Source of the DNA: Pirellulales bacterium
Lineage (GTDB): Bacteria > Planctomycetota > Planctomycetia > Pirellulales > PALSA-1355
NCBI GenBank assembly: GCA_963733035.1
Contig: CAVTBU010000009.1
Span: 128,001 to 192,000 of the forward strand
Length of the DNA stretch: 64,000 bases
Direction: 5' to 3'
A program made the position numbers and the translations under genes. Positions 60,836-64,000 of this stretch are shown here, piece after piece. Position 1 is the stretch's first letter; each line of letters opens with the position of its first letter. The notes under the pieces are model-generated. The model saw only the letters and a program-made list of their open reading frames with translations, was not told the DNA's origin and did no database searches.

Positions 60836-62500
60836 CTACTTGGCCGCGGTCTCTCCGTAGACCTTGGTCACGGGCAGCAAGAGCCGCGAGGCCTGCGCCG
60901 CCGTGTGATACACGGTATTTTGTGCCTTGACGGTTTGGTCGGGGCTCGTGACTGGTTTCCAGGTGTTCGAGTGGGGCTCAAAGCGGGGCGAGTTGCTGCT
61001 GCTAACTTGGATCGCGATTTTGTGCCCCTTGTTGAACACGAGCGCGGTGGACCAAAGATCGACGGTGATTGGGTAAACCTTGCCCGGCTCGGCCTTCACC
61101 ATGCGATTGAAGCCCTCGCGGAAGCGAAGCCGGAACGCCTGATCGAGCACCAAGGCTTCGTAGCCGTTCGGATAGACATCGACGAGCTTGACGGTGAAGT
61201 CGGTATCTTCGGCGTCGGTGCTGACGAACAACTCGGCTGCAACGGGACCGGCAATTTCGACGGGCTGCGCGAGCGGCGCGGTTTCGTATTTCAATACGTC
61301 GTCACGGCTACTGACTTTGCGCTGGTCCATCGGGCCCAGCGGCAGCATGAGGTTGTTGCCGCCAACCGTGGGCACGGGGTTCTGAGGATCGTAGACGAAC
61401 GTGTCGGACGCTTCCGACGCGCTGGCGTCGGTCGCCGGCTTGTCAGTGGAGAGCTTTCCGCCAGCGTGCAGGTAGTAGGACGTCTCTTGGTGCGCCGGCG
61501 GCCAAACGTCGGACGTGCGCCACTCATTGCCCGGCGCGTTCTCGTCAAACGTGTCGCCCATCATGTAATAGCGGACGGCCGGTTCGCGGTCGATGCCGTT
61601 GTCCTGGCCCTTGAGCCAGTGGTCGAACCACTTCATGGCGACGTCGTTCAGATTGCCGAGGCCCGCGTTGCCCGGGTACTTGAGGTCGCCCTTCAATTGG
61701 CCGTGTCCGAAGGCGCCCATGATGAGCTTTTGGTTTCCCTTGGCTCCCTCGCCGCCGCGATGCTGGAGGCCCTCGAAGCAATCGATGTTGCCTTGACTGA
61801 AGATGTCATACCAGCCGCCGATGTTGACCGTGGGGACGGTAATCTTATCGAAGTAGTGCTCGATGTCGAGCTTGCGAAACGAATCGTCGTAGACGCGATG
61901 GATCGGCCGCGGAACGTCCGCCGGCGGAACGCCCTGCTTGCGGAGCCATTCCTCGTTCAGGTTCTGGAGGAATACGCCGCCCGGATAGCCGGAATTGTGG
62001 TACGAGCTGCCGTGAGCCACGATCACGACGTTGCACTTGAGATGCGGATTGCCGCTCATGGCGGCGTGGTTAGCCGTGATGCCCAGGGCCGAGCCGCCGA
62101 TCATGCCCACCGTGCCATTCGACCAGGGCTGCTTGGCGATCCATTCGATGGTGTCATAGCCGTCGTTGAAGTCGTCGATGAATGCCCGATACTCCCCTTC
62201 GCTCGCGAACCGGCCGCGACAATCCTGCACGACTCGGGCATAGCCATTTTCGAGATACTGCTTCTCGCCTTTCTCGCGATCCTCGGCCTTGCCTTTGTTG
62301 TAGGGGGTGCGCGACAGCACGACCGGCCAAGGTCCCTCGCCCTCGGGCAGGAAAACGTTGGTGGCCAGCTTCACGCCGTCGCGCATGGGAACCATGACTT
62401 CCCGGTGCGAAGCGATGGCAAGGGAGGACGCCACGACGAGCAGCGCAAGCATCGTGCAAATCCGCGTGGTCATTGTGCGAACAAGATGAGAGTTGACCAT
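60836..62500 (-). CDS. Secreted CocE/NonD family hydrolase
   Basis: VPMRDGVKLAT, RTPY, QDCRGRFASEG, DGYDTIEWIAKQPWSNG, GGSALG, GWYD, DTDFTVKLVDV, SSSNSPRF. Confidence 0.9.
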   Translation of the reverse strand: MVNSHLVRTMTTRICTMLALLVVASSLAIASHREVMVPMRDGVKLATNVFLPEGEGPWPVVLSRTPYNKGKAEDREKGEKQYLENGYARVVQDCRGRFASEGEYRAFIDDFNDGYDTIEWIAKQPWSNGTVGMIGGSALGITANHAAMSGNPHLKCNVVIVAHGSSYHNSGYPGGVFLQNLNEEWLRKQGVPPADVPRPIHRVYDDSFRKLDIEHYFDKITVPTVNIGGWYDIFSQGNIDCFEGLQHRGGEGAKGNQKLIMGAFGHGQLKGDLKYPGNAGLGNLNDVAMKWFDHWLKGQDNGIDREPAVRYYMMGDTFDENAPGNEWRTSDVWPPAHQETSYYLHAGGKLSTDKPATDASASEASDTFVYDPQNPVPTVGGNNLMLPLGPMDQRKVSSRDDVLKYETAPLAQPVEIAGPVAAELFVSTDAEDTDFTVKLVDVYPNGYEALVLDQAFRLRFREGFNRMVKAEPGKVYPITVDLWSTALVFNKGHKIAIQVSSSNSPRFEPHSNTWKPVTSPDQTVKAQNTVYHTAAQASRLLLPVTKVYGETAAK

Positions 62501-62665
62501 GCCCGTAATCCTCCGCCTTGGATGACGCCGAACGGCGATGATTGGAAACGCTTGAGGGATTATCTCCGGCCGGCGCGCGGCGGTCAATAAACACGTGCTT
62601 CATCCGTGGCCGGGCGGACCAGCAGTGGCACCCGAAATCCATAGCGAAATCGCGATGAAGGCGAT

Positions 62666-64000
62666 TCAATCTCCGCGCTGACTCAGCAAGTACGCGAGCA
62701 GATCGAGGATCTCGTGCTCGTGGAGGACGTTGACGATGCCGGCGGGCATGTTGGAAATGTCGCTCTTGCGGCGGGCTTCGATTTCGCCCACCGGAATCTC
62801 GACGAAGGCGTCGAGGGCCGAACCGCCGCGGAGGACGACAAACCGCTCATCCTCGCGATCGATGCGGCCGGAATGAACCTGGCCGTCGGCGGTCTGCAGG
62901 TGCCAGGTAGCGTAGGCATCGGCGATCTTGGCCGAAGGCTCGACAAGCGATTCGAGCAACTCGGCCGAGGTGAGCCGCTTGCCAACGTCCGAGAGGTCGG
63001 GACCGACGCTGCCACCATCGGTGCCCACTTTGTGGCACTGCGCACAGCCAATTTCGCGAAAGGCCTTTTCACCCGTGGCTGGAGAACGGTTTGTCGTAAG
63101 CCCTTCGAGCCGCGGCCGCAGCTCGGCCAGCGACCACTCCCGTACAATCGGGCGTGACGGCTTGAGGCTGGCGATCCATTCTCGCATCAGCGAGACGGCG
63201 TTCTCATCGACTTGTTGGCTCCACAAAGGCGGCATCTGCCCGCGGCCGCGATGCGATAGCCGGCGAATAAGCACCGAACGGTCTGGATCGCCAGGGGCCA
63301 CCAGCATCGCATTGAAAATGCCGAACGAATCGTGCTGCGGGCGCGCTTCGATGAGTTCCATCTTTTCGCGGGGCGTGCCGAAGCCAAGCTCCATGCGGGA
63401 ATTGCCGCCGCCGGCGGCAACGTGACAGGCAGCGCAATTGACATGCAGGTAGCTGCGAGCCCGAGCTTCGAGGTCTTGGCGGGCGTCGTAGGGATTGGCG
63501 AGCGCCGCTCGTGGGGTTTCTGTCTTGGGGAGTTCGGCGGCGAAGAGACCGATGTGGTCGAGCGTTGGCAGTTGGTCGAACGTTTCGCCGGCGAAGTCGT
63601 GAGTGCGGTTTAGCTGAGCCTCAGTGATGCCGAGTACGAAGTTGGCGGCCCGGCTGTGGCAGGTGAGACAGTCGGCGCGGCTGGGGAATCGCCACGTTTG
63701 CGGTTCGCGATGTCCATCTACACGGGTGATCTGAAATTCCGTTTCGGCGCCGTCACGCGAGACGAGTTCGGCGTCGGTTTGCTCGGCGTTCCAACGATAT
63801 GTGTAGCCGGCCCATTCGTTCTGCTGGCGGAGTAAAACGCGTGTTTCGACGCGGAACGCTGTCGCGGGATTACCGACTTCCTTGTCCAGCGAAAGGGTTT
63901 GCACAAGCGCCGTGCCGTCGGGAAAGCCCCAGCTTTGGCCCGCGCTGTAGGTGACTTTCGCATCGCCGGGCACGGCCATGAAGCGCTGAGCAGCGGCACT
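62666..64000 (-). CDS. Multi-heme c-type cytochrome domain protein (planctomycete PQQ/sugar-dehydrogenase-associated type), 5'-truncated by the window edge
   Basis: Frame open to 64000. CLTCH, CAACH, CAQCH; ETRVL; ARSYLHVNC; QMPP; GPDLS; SNMPAG. Confidence 0.8.
   Translation of the reverse strand, partial: SAAAQRFMAVPGDAKVTYSAGQSWGFPDGTALVQTLSLDKEVGNPATAFRVETRVLLRQQNEWAGYTYRWNAEQTDAELVSRDGAETEFQITRVDGHREPQTWRFPSRADCLTCHSRAANFVLGITEAQLNRTHDFAGETFDQLPTLDHIGLFAAELPKTETPRAALANPYDARQDLEARARSYLHVNCAACHVAAGGGNSRMELGFGTPREKMELIEARPQHDSFGIFNAMLVAPGDPDRSVLIRRLSHRGRGQMPPLWSQQVDENAVSLMREWIASLKPSRPIVREWSLAELRPRLEGLTTNRSPATGEKAFREIGCAQCHKVGTDGGSVGPDLSDVGKRLTSAELLESLVEPSAKIADAYATWHLQTADGQVHSGRIDREDERFVVLRGGSALDAFVEIPVGEIEARRKSDISNMPAGIVNVLHEHEILDLLAYLLSQRGD

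Noticed and set aside
1..64000. CRISPR arrays, tRNA/rRNA genes, IS elements, prophage or defence genes
   Set aside because: No regularly spaced repeats, cloverleaf or rRNA signatures, or transposase/integrase/phage motifs were recognised by eye. Short RNAs could have been missed.

Overview
A GC-rich, gene-dense bacterial chromosomal window, most likely from a planctomycete (Pirellulales-like). The evidence is the 'LEERRLLA' planctomycete-extracellular N-termini, three DUF1501 genes, PVC-type CxxCH heme proteins, Tat-exported sugar enzymes and a sulfatase. I saw no rRNA, tRNA, CRISPR array or transposase. The standout is a locus at about 15.9-21.9 kb that looks like a planctomycete version of the Pseudomonas Fap functional-amyloid export system. 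It has three tandem secreted Gly/Ser/Asn/aromatic-rich paralogues sharing a '(M/L)SDxDGLxVRG' pro-motif, a convergent outer-membrane beta-barrel gene, a FapF-like barrel and a FapD-like stand-alone C39 peptidase. Other notable items: two (probably three) tandem dockerin/PqaA-family surface proteins sharing a C-terminal motif; an ~800 bp hairpin-rich intergenic region; a sphingosine-1-phosphate-lyase-like gene coupled to an FGGY kinase; a glf + DUF707 pair; and an orphan ankyrin lipoprotein. Eight genes carry single frameshifts in short repeats, which most likely reflect long-read assembly errors. All family assignments come from motif recognition by eye; no database searches were run.
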